DNA of 27,773 nt from Candidatus Latescibacterota bacterium (GTDB lineage Bacteria > Latescibacterota > UBA2968): the NCBI GenBank assembly GCA_038279365.1, contig JAYODI010000036.1:1-27773 (forward strand), written 5' to 3'. The translations under genes and the position numbers were made by a program. The notes under the pieces were generated by a model. That model was not told the origin of the DNA. It did no database searches and worked only from the letters and a program-made list of their open reading frames with translations. Below are positions 1 through 7,442 of the stretch, in pieces; the stretch's first letter is position 1; each line of letters begins with the position of its first letter.

Positions 1-426
1 ATGACTGGGCCAGGACCTATGGATGGTCCCATGACGGGTGAAATGCCAATGCCACCAGAATGTTCGGAAGAAATGCGACAAAGCGAACAACAACCACAAC
101 AAACCAACGTTATGGCCAGCAATGGAAAACAGGGCAACTTACTCTTCCGTACCGTATGTGGCGATATGCCTGGCTACGACCAATATGCGATCTCGCTACC
201 CTCTGGTCGTCAAGCGGTTGACTTTGGTGTAGAAGCCATTACTTCAGGCAATGTTGTCTTTGGTATTCGCGTTGAAGGGGGTCCAACAGTTTACCACTCC
301 AGCGCAGGCAAAGCAGCACTCCAAATGCTTAATCTGAATGCAGGTACCTATACCGTTTATCTCGATGTTGCGGCGTCAGACCCAGGATCACGTGTGACAG
401 TTCGTTTTATTGACACAGCGCAATAA
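1..426 (+). CDS. Hypothetical protein, probably 5'-truncated; Met/Pro/Gly-rich linker followed by a small beta-rich domain
   Basis: Open frame from the window edge to TAA at 424-426, followed by a terminator. N-terminal MTGPGPMDGPMTGEMPMPP is low complexity. C-terminal LNAGTYTVYL resembles beta-sandwich (PPC-like) modules. Confidence 0.7.
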   Translation: MTGPGPMDGPMTGEMPMPPECSEEMRQSEQQPQQTNVMASNGKQGNLLFRTVCGDMPGYDQYAISLPSGRQAVDFGVEAITSGNVVFGIRVEGGPTVYHSSAGKAALQMLNLNAGTYTVYLDVAASDPGSRVTVRFIDTAQ

Positions 427-448
427 ACCCAGCATCGTTTAAAAGCAC

Positions 449-485
449 AAAAAAACGCTGATCTTATTTAAGATCAGCGTTTTTT
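449..485. terminator. Bidirectional intrinsic terminator
   Basis: Inverted repeat ACGCTGATCTTA (455-466) / TAAGATCAGCGT (469-480), flanked by an A-run and a T-run, between convergent genes. Confidence 0.9.
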
Positions 486-538
486 ATTTGCATCTCAGCG
501 CCAATAAAAGCCCTACATTTGTGATGTCAAGATCCTTA

Positions 539-1327
539 TCACTCTGCGGTAGGATCAAATCCTTCGATATGGCCTTCTTTAATCGTAATTTCATCGCGTC
601 GTCGAACGCGTTCAACTTGACCATCGCGCAAATCCACCACCCGATCTGAAACACCCAACATCTTATGATCGTGTGTATTGGTTACAATGGTCACACCACT
701 TTCGGCCTGCATTTTCAACATCAATTCAATAATCTCTTGCCCTGTTTTCAAATCTAAGTTACCCGTTGGTTCATCTGCCAAAATCAAATCAGGGTCGTTT
801 GCCATGGCACGGGCAATGGCCACACGCTGCATTTGCCCACCCGACAACTCAAAAGGTTTGTGATGCAAACGCTCACCCAAACCAACCAAAGACAGTTTCA
901 TAGCCGCTTTTTCTTCATATTCCTTTTTGGGCATCCCCGAAAAAACCATCGGCAATGAAACATTTTCCAATGCCGTCATCACAGGAATCAAGTTGAATGA
1001 TTGAAAAATATAGCCCACACTATGACAACGCAGATAAGCGATTTGAGCTTGGCTTAATTCGCTCATATTGGCACCATTTACCATCACTCTGCCTTTAGAG
1101 GGTGTGTCCAAGGCACCCACCATATTAAACATGGTTGTTTTGCCAGACCCCGAAGGCCCCATAATAGATAAATACTCACCACGAATCACATTCAAATTCA
1201 CACCGCGCAGAGCATGCACGTCTTGAACACCCATGCGATATGTTTTCCAAACATCTACAACAGTAATAATAAAGTCATTTTCATCCCGTTTAACGGGTGT
1301 TGCAGCGACTTTCGGTTCTTGCGCCAT
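539..1327 (-). CDS. ABC transporter ATP-binding protein, LolD/MacB/FtsE-like family
   Basis: Walker A GPSGSGKT, Q-loop IFQSFNL, signature LSGGQMQR, Walker B/D-loop ILADEPTGNLD, H-loop THD. Start moved to ATG 1327, which follows an AGGAG SD (ctcct 1338-1342). Confidence 0.93.
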   Translation of the reverse strand: MAQEPKVAATPVKRDENDFIITVVDVWKTYRMGVQDVHALRGVNLNVIRGEYLSIMGPSGSGKTTMFNMVGALDTPSKGRVMVNGANMSELSQAQIAYLRCHSVGYIFQSFNLIPVMTALENVSLPMVFSGMPKKEYEEKAAMKLSLVGLGERLHHKPFELSGGQMQRVAIARAMANDPDLILADEPTGNLDLKTGQEIIELMLKMQAESGVTIVTNTHDHKMLGVSDRVVDLRDGQVERVRRRDEITIKEGHIEGFDPTAE

Positions 1328-1373
1328 ATTAGACTCGCTCCTAAGCAATTAAATTCAGGGTTCAAGTTCGTTT

Positions 1374-1402
1374 ATGGTAGCGAAAAACAAACACCCTGTC
1401 AA
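1374..1402 (-). promoter_or_regulatory. sigma70-type promoter for the ABC ATPase
   Basis: TTGACA-N17-TACCAT on the minus strand. Confidence 0.7.
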
Positions 1403-1540
1403 GCGTTTTTGAAAACACAGGCGAAACACAAAGTCTTTACTGACGTGACCTTTAAACGGTTGTGCCTCTCACGCCATTGTTGGCTCATTTCACAAATTCT
1501 CCAACTCATTGCCATATACCCATTCACTCCTGTTCAAAGC

Positions 1541-1569
1541 TTGCCCCATCATGTTTCTATCGCTATATT
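1541..1569 (+). promoter_or_regulatory. sigma70-type promoter for the epimerase gene run
   Basis: TTGCCC-N17-TATATT, about 50 nt upstream of ATG 1619. Confidence 0.6.
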
Positions 1570-1618
1570 ATGCCCATCTAAAAATGGTTGTAAATGCTTT
1601 CTAAAGAAAGGAAGATGC

Positions 1619-2443
1619 ATGAAACTTGCCGTTTGTAATGAATTTTTTGAGGGGTGGAAGATTGAAGATGTTTTTAACTACGCCGCAGAAATAGGATGTG
1701 ACGGTGTAGAAATTGCACCCTTTACATTGGCCGAAAATGTAAACCGCATCACCGCCAAACGTCGCAGCAACATTCGCAAAGCAGCAGACAAAGCGGGTGT
1801 TGAAATTGTAGGCCTACACTGGTTGCTTGCCAGTCCTAAGGGCTTATACTTAACACACCCAGACCCAGCCATTCGCAAAAAGACCCAAGAATACATCAAA
1901 TCGCTCATTAATTTCTGTGGCGACTTAGGTGGCAAAGTGATGATTCATGGTTCACCTGCCCAACGCAACATTCAAAAAGGCTGGAACCGAGAGGAGTGCT
2001 GGAAATACGCCGTGGATGTTTTTGCTGGTTGCACCAAGGAAATGCAGAAAAACAATGTGACCTACTGCATTGAAGCACTTACGCCTAAAGAAACCAACAT
2101 CCTCAACAGCATTGCAGAAGCCAAACAACTCATCGCCGATGTGGATCATCCCAACTTCCAAACAATGGTCGATACCAAAGCTGCTGTGGCCGAAAACAAA
2201 CCCCATGTAGACGTCATCGCAGAAGCGGGCAAAGCCATGCGCCACGTTCATGTCAACGACCCCAACTTACGCGGTCCAGGATTTGGCGATTTAAAATTTG
2301 CATCTATTTTGCGTGCCCTCAAAGACCGCCACTATGATGGCTATGTCTCCGTTGAAGTTTTCAACTTTAAGCCAGATCCTCAAACCATTGCCGCACGAAG
2401 CATTGGTTACCTCAAAGGCATTATTGAAGGCTTAGAAGGTTAA
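1619..2443 (+). CDS. Sugar phosphate isomerase/epimerase (xylose-isomerase-like TIM barrel, D-psicose/D-tagatose 3-epimerase-like)
   Basis: Begins MKLAVCNE after an AAAGGA SD. Shows GCDGVEIAP and the metal-ligand pattern IEAL, VDT, HVHVND, PGFG, SVEVF. The ORF-track extension from 1214 runs through promoters and overlaps the ABC gene, so it is rejected. Confidence 0.9.
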   Translation: MKLAVCNEFFEGWKIEDVFNYAAEIGCDGVEIAPFTLAENVNRITAKRRSNIRKAADKAGVEIVGLHWLLASPKGLYLTHPDPAIRKKTQEYIKSLINFCGDLGGKVMIHGSPAQRNIQKGWNREECWKYAVDVFAGCTKEMQKNNVTYCIEALTPKETNILNSIAEAKQLIADVDHPNFQTMVDTKAAVAENKPHVDVIAEAGKAMRHVHVNDPNLRGPGFGDLKFASILRALKDRHYDGYVSVEVFNFKPDPQTIAARSIGYLKGIIEGLEG

Positions 2444-2482
2444 CCCCATACCAAAAACAGCAATTCGCTTTCAGCCGTCAAC

Positions 2483-3529
2483 TTGAATCCATATGTTCAA
2501 GAACTGATCGCTGGAAGCGCGTTGCTGAAAGCGAACCCAATGAAACCCTTTACCTACACATTTCACACAGAACATCAACGTGCCAACTTAAAAATGTCAG
2601 CCTCCGTGTCTGATAACATTGGAGCATATCGCTCTGGCCATATCGCTCTCGACAATGGCAGAGAACTGCCTCTAATCTGCCGTCACAGCAAAGCCACATC
2701 GGCACTCACCTACCTACACCCCCTCGAAATCAATGACGATTGGCGTCGTTTGGTTGGTTTGCCAACAACAAACACATCCCAAGTTATTGATGCGCCAGGC
2801 ACACTTTTGTTGGGTGTAGAACGTGCCCGCCTCCTAACCCAAGGTATCTTAGATATTTTTAATACCCCCGACATTCAGGCCACCATAAAGGATACGTTAG
2901 AAGAAAAAATTGCGCTCTTACCCATCTTGCGAGAAGGCAAACAATTTGGCCTATCCAATGCCTTACAAAAAACCTGCGGATACCATATCCCCGAACTTCC
3001 TATCGAAAAAAACACCGAAGATCTGCCCCCATACAGGTCTCCCGACAATATTCTCACGGGTGCCCAAAGAGAACGGATTCAAATGGCCATCGTTGCCACG
3101 GGTATCACATCAGGTGACAGTCTTATAACACTTATAAATCATATACAAACGCGATTCAAAAACCTATCACATATAGAAATAATAATACCGCACGCCACAC
3201 TGCTTGGACTTACACATACGCTGGCTTATACAAGCCCAGGCTTGTCTTTGCGTGTGCACACATTTGAAACCCTACTGAATAACCAAGGTGATCGTGGCAC
3301 ATTCTTCCCACACCCAGAATTTCACATTCGCCCCACATTATCCCAACGCTACCGTGCGTGGTGGGGCCGAAACATCACCAACCAATTTATTGCCAATATC
3401 CCACACATGGGCACCGACAACACAGACGCCCTCTTTGACCCCGTAAGACAAATTCGCACCCTCAATGGCCATCTCCAAAAAACATACCAAACATCACTGG
3501 CCAATGTGCTTGCCCGCCACCTCGCCTAA
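2483..3529 (+). CDS. Divergent uracil phosphoribosyltransferase-like (type I PRTase fold) protein
   Basis: LLPILREG resembles UPRT PILRAG. IVATGITSGDSL resembles the PRPP loop DPMLATGGS. HATLLGL resembles AAPEGL. PHMGTDNTDALF resembles PGLGDAGDRLF. Start codon uncertain (TTG 2483). Confidence 0.55.
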   Translation: MNPYVQELIAGSALLKANPMKPFTYTFHTEHQRANLKMSASVSDNIGAYRSGHIALDNGRELPLICRHSKATSALTYLHPLEINDDWRRLVGLPTTNTSQVIDAPGTLLLGVERARLLTQGILDIFNTPDIQATIKDTLEEKIALLPILREGKQFGLSNALQKTCGYHIPELPIEKNTEDLPPYRSPDNILTGAQRERIQMAIVATGITSGDSLITLINHIQTRFKNLSHIEIIIPHATLLGLTHTLAYTSPGLSLRVHTFETLLNNQGDRGTFFPHPEFHIRPTLSQRYRAWWGRNITNQFIANIPHMGTDNTDALFDPVRQIRTLNGHLQKTYQTSLANVLARHLA

Positions 3530-3588
3530 AATACCAACTCATTTGCAAACATAACCCGCTACGCAACACCCACTTTTAAGGAGAGCCA

Positions 3589-4605
3589 ATGAAATTCATC
3601 TATTTCACCGACATTCATCTCTGTCAAGGCAAAGACTCCTCAAAAGGTATTGAACGTTGTTTTGAGTCCATGATGCGCCACAATCCCGAATTCCTCATTA
3701 ACGGTGGCGACTTAGGCATTGTCGATGAAGCCATTCAATTGTATAAGGATATCACAAAAGAGATATCTCAACCCATTTTGATGTGCAACGGCAACCACGA
3801 AATGTGCAGTGGTTATCTGCCACAAGAAAAGGCAGGCACCACACACTACAGCACAGACCGCAACGGCATCCATATTGTAGTACTCGATGTGGTGCGCTAC
3901 AACGAGCCCTCAGAAAAACACCCGCGCAACTGGTATGGCCTTGCCGATGAAACACTCCTATCCTGGCTTGAGAACGACCTCAAAAATATTCCTCGCGAAA
4001 CACCTCTCATTGTCGTTTCACACATCCCCTTATCCACCACATTCACCTTTCGTGCAGGACGCACGCCCGAAAAAACCAAACCCACCAATGCGGTAACAAA
4101 TGCCTCAAAAGTATTAAAATTGCTCAAACCCTTCAAAAATGTGGCCACACTGCACGGACACGATCACGAAAACTGTCGACACTTTGTAGGTCACATAGAA
4201 ATTATGACCACAAATGCCGTTTCAGGAAACTGGTGGCGACAAGGCCTCAAAAGCTTCTCGCCTCACGGCAATGAACCCCAAGGGTATCGCCTCATCAACA
4301 TAGATGACAACGGCACCATCACCAGCCAATATTTCGCCTTTCAACCACATCAAAACAAAATTGCCGAATTTTACCAACATCCAAAGTCTGGCAGACGCTT
4401 CATCAATGTCTTTGACGGATCGCCCAAAACAAAAGTCATTTTGCCCAATGTGGGCGAACTATCCATCATCAATCCCAACGCAGCGTCATCCATCGGGCTA
4501 AGCGCACACCTTTACGAACTACCTAAAGGATATCGCCTCAAGAATAAAACCATCGACATCATCATGGATGACATTGCGGGTACGCACACACAACTCACCT
4601 TCTGA
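3589..4605 (+). CDS. Calcineurin-like metallophosphoesterase (Icc/CpdA-like)
   Basis: All five motifs present: TDIH, GGD, GNHE, SHIP, HGHDH. AGGAG SD before the ATG. No signal peptide. Confidence 0.9.
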   Translation: MKFIYFTDIHLCQGKDSSKGIERCFESMMRHNPEFLINGGDLGIVDEAIQLYKDITKEISQPILMCNGNHEMCSGYLPQEKAGTTHYSTDRNGIHIVVLDVVRYNEPSEKHPRNWYGLADETLLSWLENDLKNIPRETPLIVVSHIPLSTTFTFRAGRTPEKTKPTNAVTNASKVLKLLKPFKNVATLHGHDHENCRHFVGHIEIMTTNAVSGNWWRQGLKSFSPHGNEPQGYRLINIDDNGTITSQYFAFQPHQNKIAEFYQHPKSGRRFINVFDGSPKTKVILPNVGELSIINPNAASSIGLSAHLYELPKGYRLKNKTIDIIMDDIAGTHTQLTF

Positions 4606-4700
4606 TACTCCTTCCAAACACACTCTATTTTTGATTGAAAAAAACTTCGCTCACAAAAACAAAATTTTATCAAATCCCCTTGTTATCGACCGTTTGGGTT

Positions 4701-6458
4701 CTATTGCGCATCCTTCGCGCAGCGAAATCCCACCGTATAATCTGGGCTGGTATTGGGGTCATATTGCACCCGATTTGCAGTGCGATGAATCACTTCTGTT
4801 TGATCGGCCCAAGACCCACCACGCAATACTTTGGGTGGTTTTTCAACCAATGCTTGAGGCCTGTTGTTATAAGGGTTTTGATCGGGCGCTTGGGCATAAT
4901 AATCTCGATCGTACCAATCAGACACCCATTCCCACACATTGCCCGACATATCCATCACCCCATAGGGGCTTGCACCAGAAGGAAAAGATCCTACAGGCCA
5001 CGTACTTTCACGCCCACACCCATCCCCCCCATCATCAATAACCGCCCGATCACAGTTGGCCTGTTCTTCCCCCCACGGAAAACGTCGACCATCGGTACCT
5101 CGTGCGGCTTTTTCCCACTCAGCTTCTGTGGGCAAACGTTTACCTGCCCATTTACAATATTGATCGGCCTCCCACCAACGCATACAATTAATCGGGTGAT
5201 TGTCGCGGTCTGTTCGTCTGCCATTGCAAAAGTCTTCTTCATATGTGTTTGGCGGGCCCAAAAATTTCTCAGGCTGTACACATCTGCCAGCAACAACACA
5301 AGCGCGATAATCTGCAACAGTCACTTCGTATTTATCTATATAAAACGCGTTTTGATAAATGGTACGGATAGGCAATTCATCACTGTCTCCATCTTCAGAG
5401 CCTCTTATAAACGTACCTGCGGGCACCAAAATCATTTCAGGATCACGGCGTGTTGTATCAAAAGGCAATTCCCCATTGCGGCTTCTGGCCTCCACATTGC
5501 GAGCAAGCCAATTGTCTGGCAAACCTGTTGTTGATTGCACCATCCGATGATCAGCAGGCAAGGAGTGATTCGATTTCACACATCGAAATCCAATATAAGG
5601 ATACCACCGATCGGGTTTAAAACGATATCGGTTTGATGCCCGTGACACCATTTGAGGCCACGAGTAATACCATGAATTGCCTCTTAAAACACGATAATCA
5701 CCCAACACCATATTGACAGGATTAAGCGATGACATCTTTTGATACGTATCCACTTCATACGTATCAACCACCCACTCCCACACATTGCCAATCATATCGT
5801 GTGCCCCATAGGGGCTCATACCATTAGGAACAGATCCCACAGGCCACGTCTCTAATGTCCCACACCCCAAAGACCCCCACCCCGTAATTGCCCGATCACA
5901 ATCGGGTGCCTCATTTCCCCACGGATAACGGCGCCCATCAATACCACGTGCGGCTTTTTCCCACTCAGCTTCTGTGGGCAAACGTTTACCTGCCCATTCA
6001 CAAAACCGATTGGCATCATACCAACTCACACAATTAACGGGGTGATCATCCCGTCCCCCCGCTTGCCAATTGCAATCTTCTCCCACTGCAGGCGCATCAC
6101 ACACGCCCGCATCAACACATTGTTGATATTGAGAAACGGTCACTTCATATTGGTCTATATAATAGCCATCCAGGCCTATCAAACGCCGAGGTTTCTCTTC
6201 TGTTTCGGCCCAATCTTCTCCCATCCAAAAACCACCAGCAAAAACGGCAACCATTTCAACCGAAGTACCAGACGGCAAAGTAAAATAAACGCGTTCTGGT
6301 TTGTCGGGTGGCAATGAAAAATTCTGTGGGTTATGAGATGCATCATTGAGATCAGAAATCATAGCGTCGTTTATTGATACGTTTTTTTGGCACGACACAA
6401 AAATCATAAGACATTGAAAAAAAACAAAATACCCACCCATTTGACAAAAAATATTCAT
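4701..6458 (-). CDS. Tandem FGE-sulfatase (SUMF1/EgtB/PvdO family) domain protein, probable lipoprotein
   Basis: Two complete domains, each with YEVT, HPxNC, RLPTEAEWEKAARG, DMxGNVWEW, RGxSW and GFRC. Hydrophobic N-terminus ends IFVSC. Start uncertain (6476 TTG, 6458 or 6440 ATG). Confidence 0.9.
   Translation of the reverse strand: MNIFCQMGGYFVFFQCLMIFVSCQKNVSINDAMISDLNDASHNPQNFSLPPDKPERVYFTLPSGTSVEMVAVFAGGFWMGEDWAETEEKPRRLIGLDGYYIDQYEVTVSQYQQCVDAGVCDAPAVGEDCNWQAGGRDDHPVNCVSWYDANRFCEWAGKRLPTEAEWEKAARGIDGRRYPWGNEAPDCDRAITGWGSLGCGTLETWPVGSVPNGMSPYGAHDMIGNVWEWVVDTYEVDTYQKMSSLNPVNMVLGDYRVLRGNSWYYSWPQMVSRASNRYRFKPDRWYPYIGFRCVKSNHSLPADHRMVQSTTGLPDNWLARNVEARSRNGELPFDTTRRDPEMILVPAGTFIRGSEDGDSDELPIRTIYQNAFYIDKYEVTVADYRACVVAGRCVQPEKFLGPPNTYEEDFCNGRRTDRDNHPINCMRWWEADQYCKWAGKRLPTEAEWEKAARGTDGRRFPWGEEQANCDRAVIDDGGDGCGRESTWPVGSFPSGASPYGVMDMSGNVWEWVSDWYDRDYYAQAPDQNPYNNRPQALVEKPPKVLRGGSWADQTEVIHRTANRVQYDPNTSPDYTVGFRCAKDAQ
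5101..5998. repeat. 52-nt exact direct repeat between the two FGE domains (5101-5152 and 5947-5998)
   Basis: cgtgcggctttttcccactcagcttctgtgggcaaacgtttacctgcccatt occurs twice, 846 nt (282 codons) apart. Confidence 0.95.
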
Positions 6459-6469
6459 TGGCAAATACC

Positions 6470-6498
6470 TTGACAACTACCAGTGATTATAGTACACT
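6470..6498 (+). promoter_or_regulatory. sigma70-type promoter for the UVR-motif gene/hflX
   Basis: TTGACA-N17-TACACT. Confidence 0.7.
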
Positions 6499-6524
6499 TT
6501 TTTTTATCCAAACCATAACAAATG

Positions 6525-6551
6525 TATACACAAAATATAAACCGCCGATAA
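6525..6551 (+). promoter_or_regulatory. Candidate sigma28 (FliA/SigD)-type promoter
   Basis: TATA-N15-GCCGATAA: perfect -10 and 3/4 match at -35, ending 51 nt before ATG 6603. Confidence 0.45.
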
Positions 6552-6602
6552 TATAGTACCAAAGAGCAAGCAACAAAAACAAATCTGTAAGGATCTATCC
6601 TC

Positions 6603-7355
6603 ATGAATCAAGACATTCAACCCCTTCTCAATGATTGGCCTTATGAACCAGGGCAACTTTGTGTCCGCAAAATAGTCGGGCACGACGGACGAGAAAAAAT
6701 TCAATTGCGCATAGAAATGGGCATTCTCCAAATGGAAATGTCTGGGCGGCCTGATGGACAACGTCCTTTTGAACAAGAATCTTTATTTCACCACTATCAA
6801 ATACAAGCCAAAGAAGCAGAAAACGAAACCTTTCAATTAGACTCTGAAGCCTGTATGTCGCTCCAAATTGAAGCCCTTCAATACTATCACCGGCGCATCA
6901 GTTTTCTCGAAATTGGTGAATACGACAAGGCCCGACAAGATGCAGAGCGAAACCTTAATCTCTTTGACTTTGTCAAAACTTATGCAGAAGATGAAGAAGA
7001 CCGCTTGGCCTTCGAAAACTATCGTCCATTTGTCATCAGTCATCGCGTGCGTGCCGAAGTGCTGATGCACCTTGAAACAGATGCCTATGACCGTGCCCTT
7101 GAAAAAATTGATGTAGGCATCCAAGAAATCCAAACATTCTTCCAAGAATTTGACAGAATCGACTTGGTAGAAGAAAATGAAGAGGTCACATTTCTCAAAG
7201 AATGGGCCGAAGAAATTCGCAACGAACGCCCTAAAACAGCCTCTCAAAACCTCAAAGAACAACTCCGAGATGCCGTTGCCCACGAAGACTTTGAACGGGC
7301 AGCCCAGTTGCGTGACCGACTCACAGACTTAGAAAACCAACCGAAAGTTTCGTGA
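6603..7355 (+). CDS. UvrB/UvrC (UVR) motif-containing protein
   Basis: C-terminal LKEQLRDAVAHEDFERAAQLRDRL is a canonical UVR motif. N-terminal KIQLRIEMGILQMEMSGRPDGQRP is typical of the PVC-type family of these proteins. Helical middle region. Confidence 0.85.
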   Translation: MNQDIQPLLNDWPYEPGQLCVRKIVGHDGREKIQLRIEMGILQMEMSGRPDGQRPFEQESLFHHYQIQAKEAENETFQLDSEACMSLQIEALQYYHRRISFLEIGEYDKARQDAERNLNLFDFVKTYAEDEEDRLAFENYRPFVISHRVRAEVLMHLETDAYDRALEKIDVGIQEIQTFFQEFDRIDLVEENEEVTFLKEWAEEIRNERPKTASQNLKEQLRDAVAHEDFERAAQLRDRLTDLENQPKVS

Positions 7356-7381
7356 CTTTTCCACTATCATTCACAACCTTG

Positions 7382-7431
7382 AGGGAAATCACATCGGTTT
7401 AAAAACCAACGGATTTCCCTTTATTATTTTT
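7382..7431 (+). terminator. Imperfect hairpin plus T-rich tract upstream of hflX (possible terminator/attenuator)
   Basis: AGGGAAATC (7382-7390) / GATTTCCCT (7412-7420) with inner GGTTT/AAACC, followed by TTATTATTTTT. Confidence 0.45.
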
Positions 7432-7442
7432 CCCCTAATCTT

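Noticed and set aside
1214..1618. 135-aa N-terminal extension on the epimerase in the ORF track
   Set aside because: It overlaps the divergent ABC gene and both promoters; the family-typical start with SD is at 1619.
4635..5534. 299-aa plus-strand ORF (also 4568..5041)
   Set aside because: Antisense shadow of the well-supported FGE-domain gene; no recognisable motifs or RBS.
4701..6476. Diversity-generating retroelement suggested by CLec/FGE domains and an internal repeat
   Set aside because: No reverse transcriptase, Avd or template repeat in the window. The repeat is exact, lies in the conserved core rather than the variable tip, and shows no adenine-specific mismatches.
6603..7355. Calling this gene uvrB or uvrC
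   Set aside because: Only the ~35-aa UVR interaction motif is present; there are no helicase or nuclease domains.
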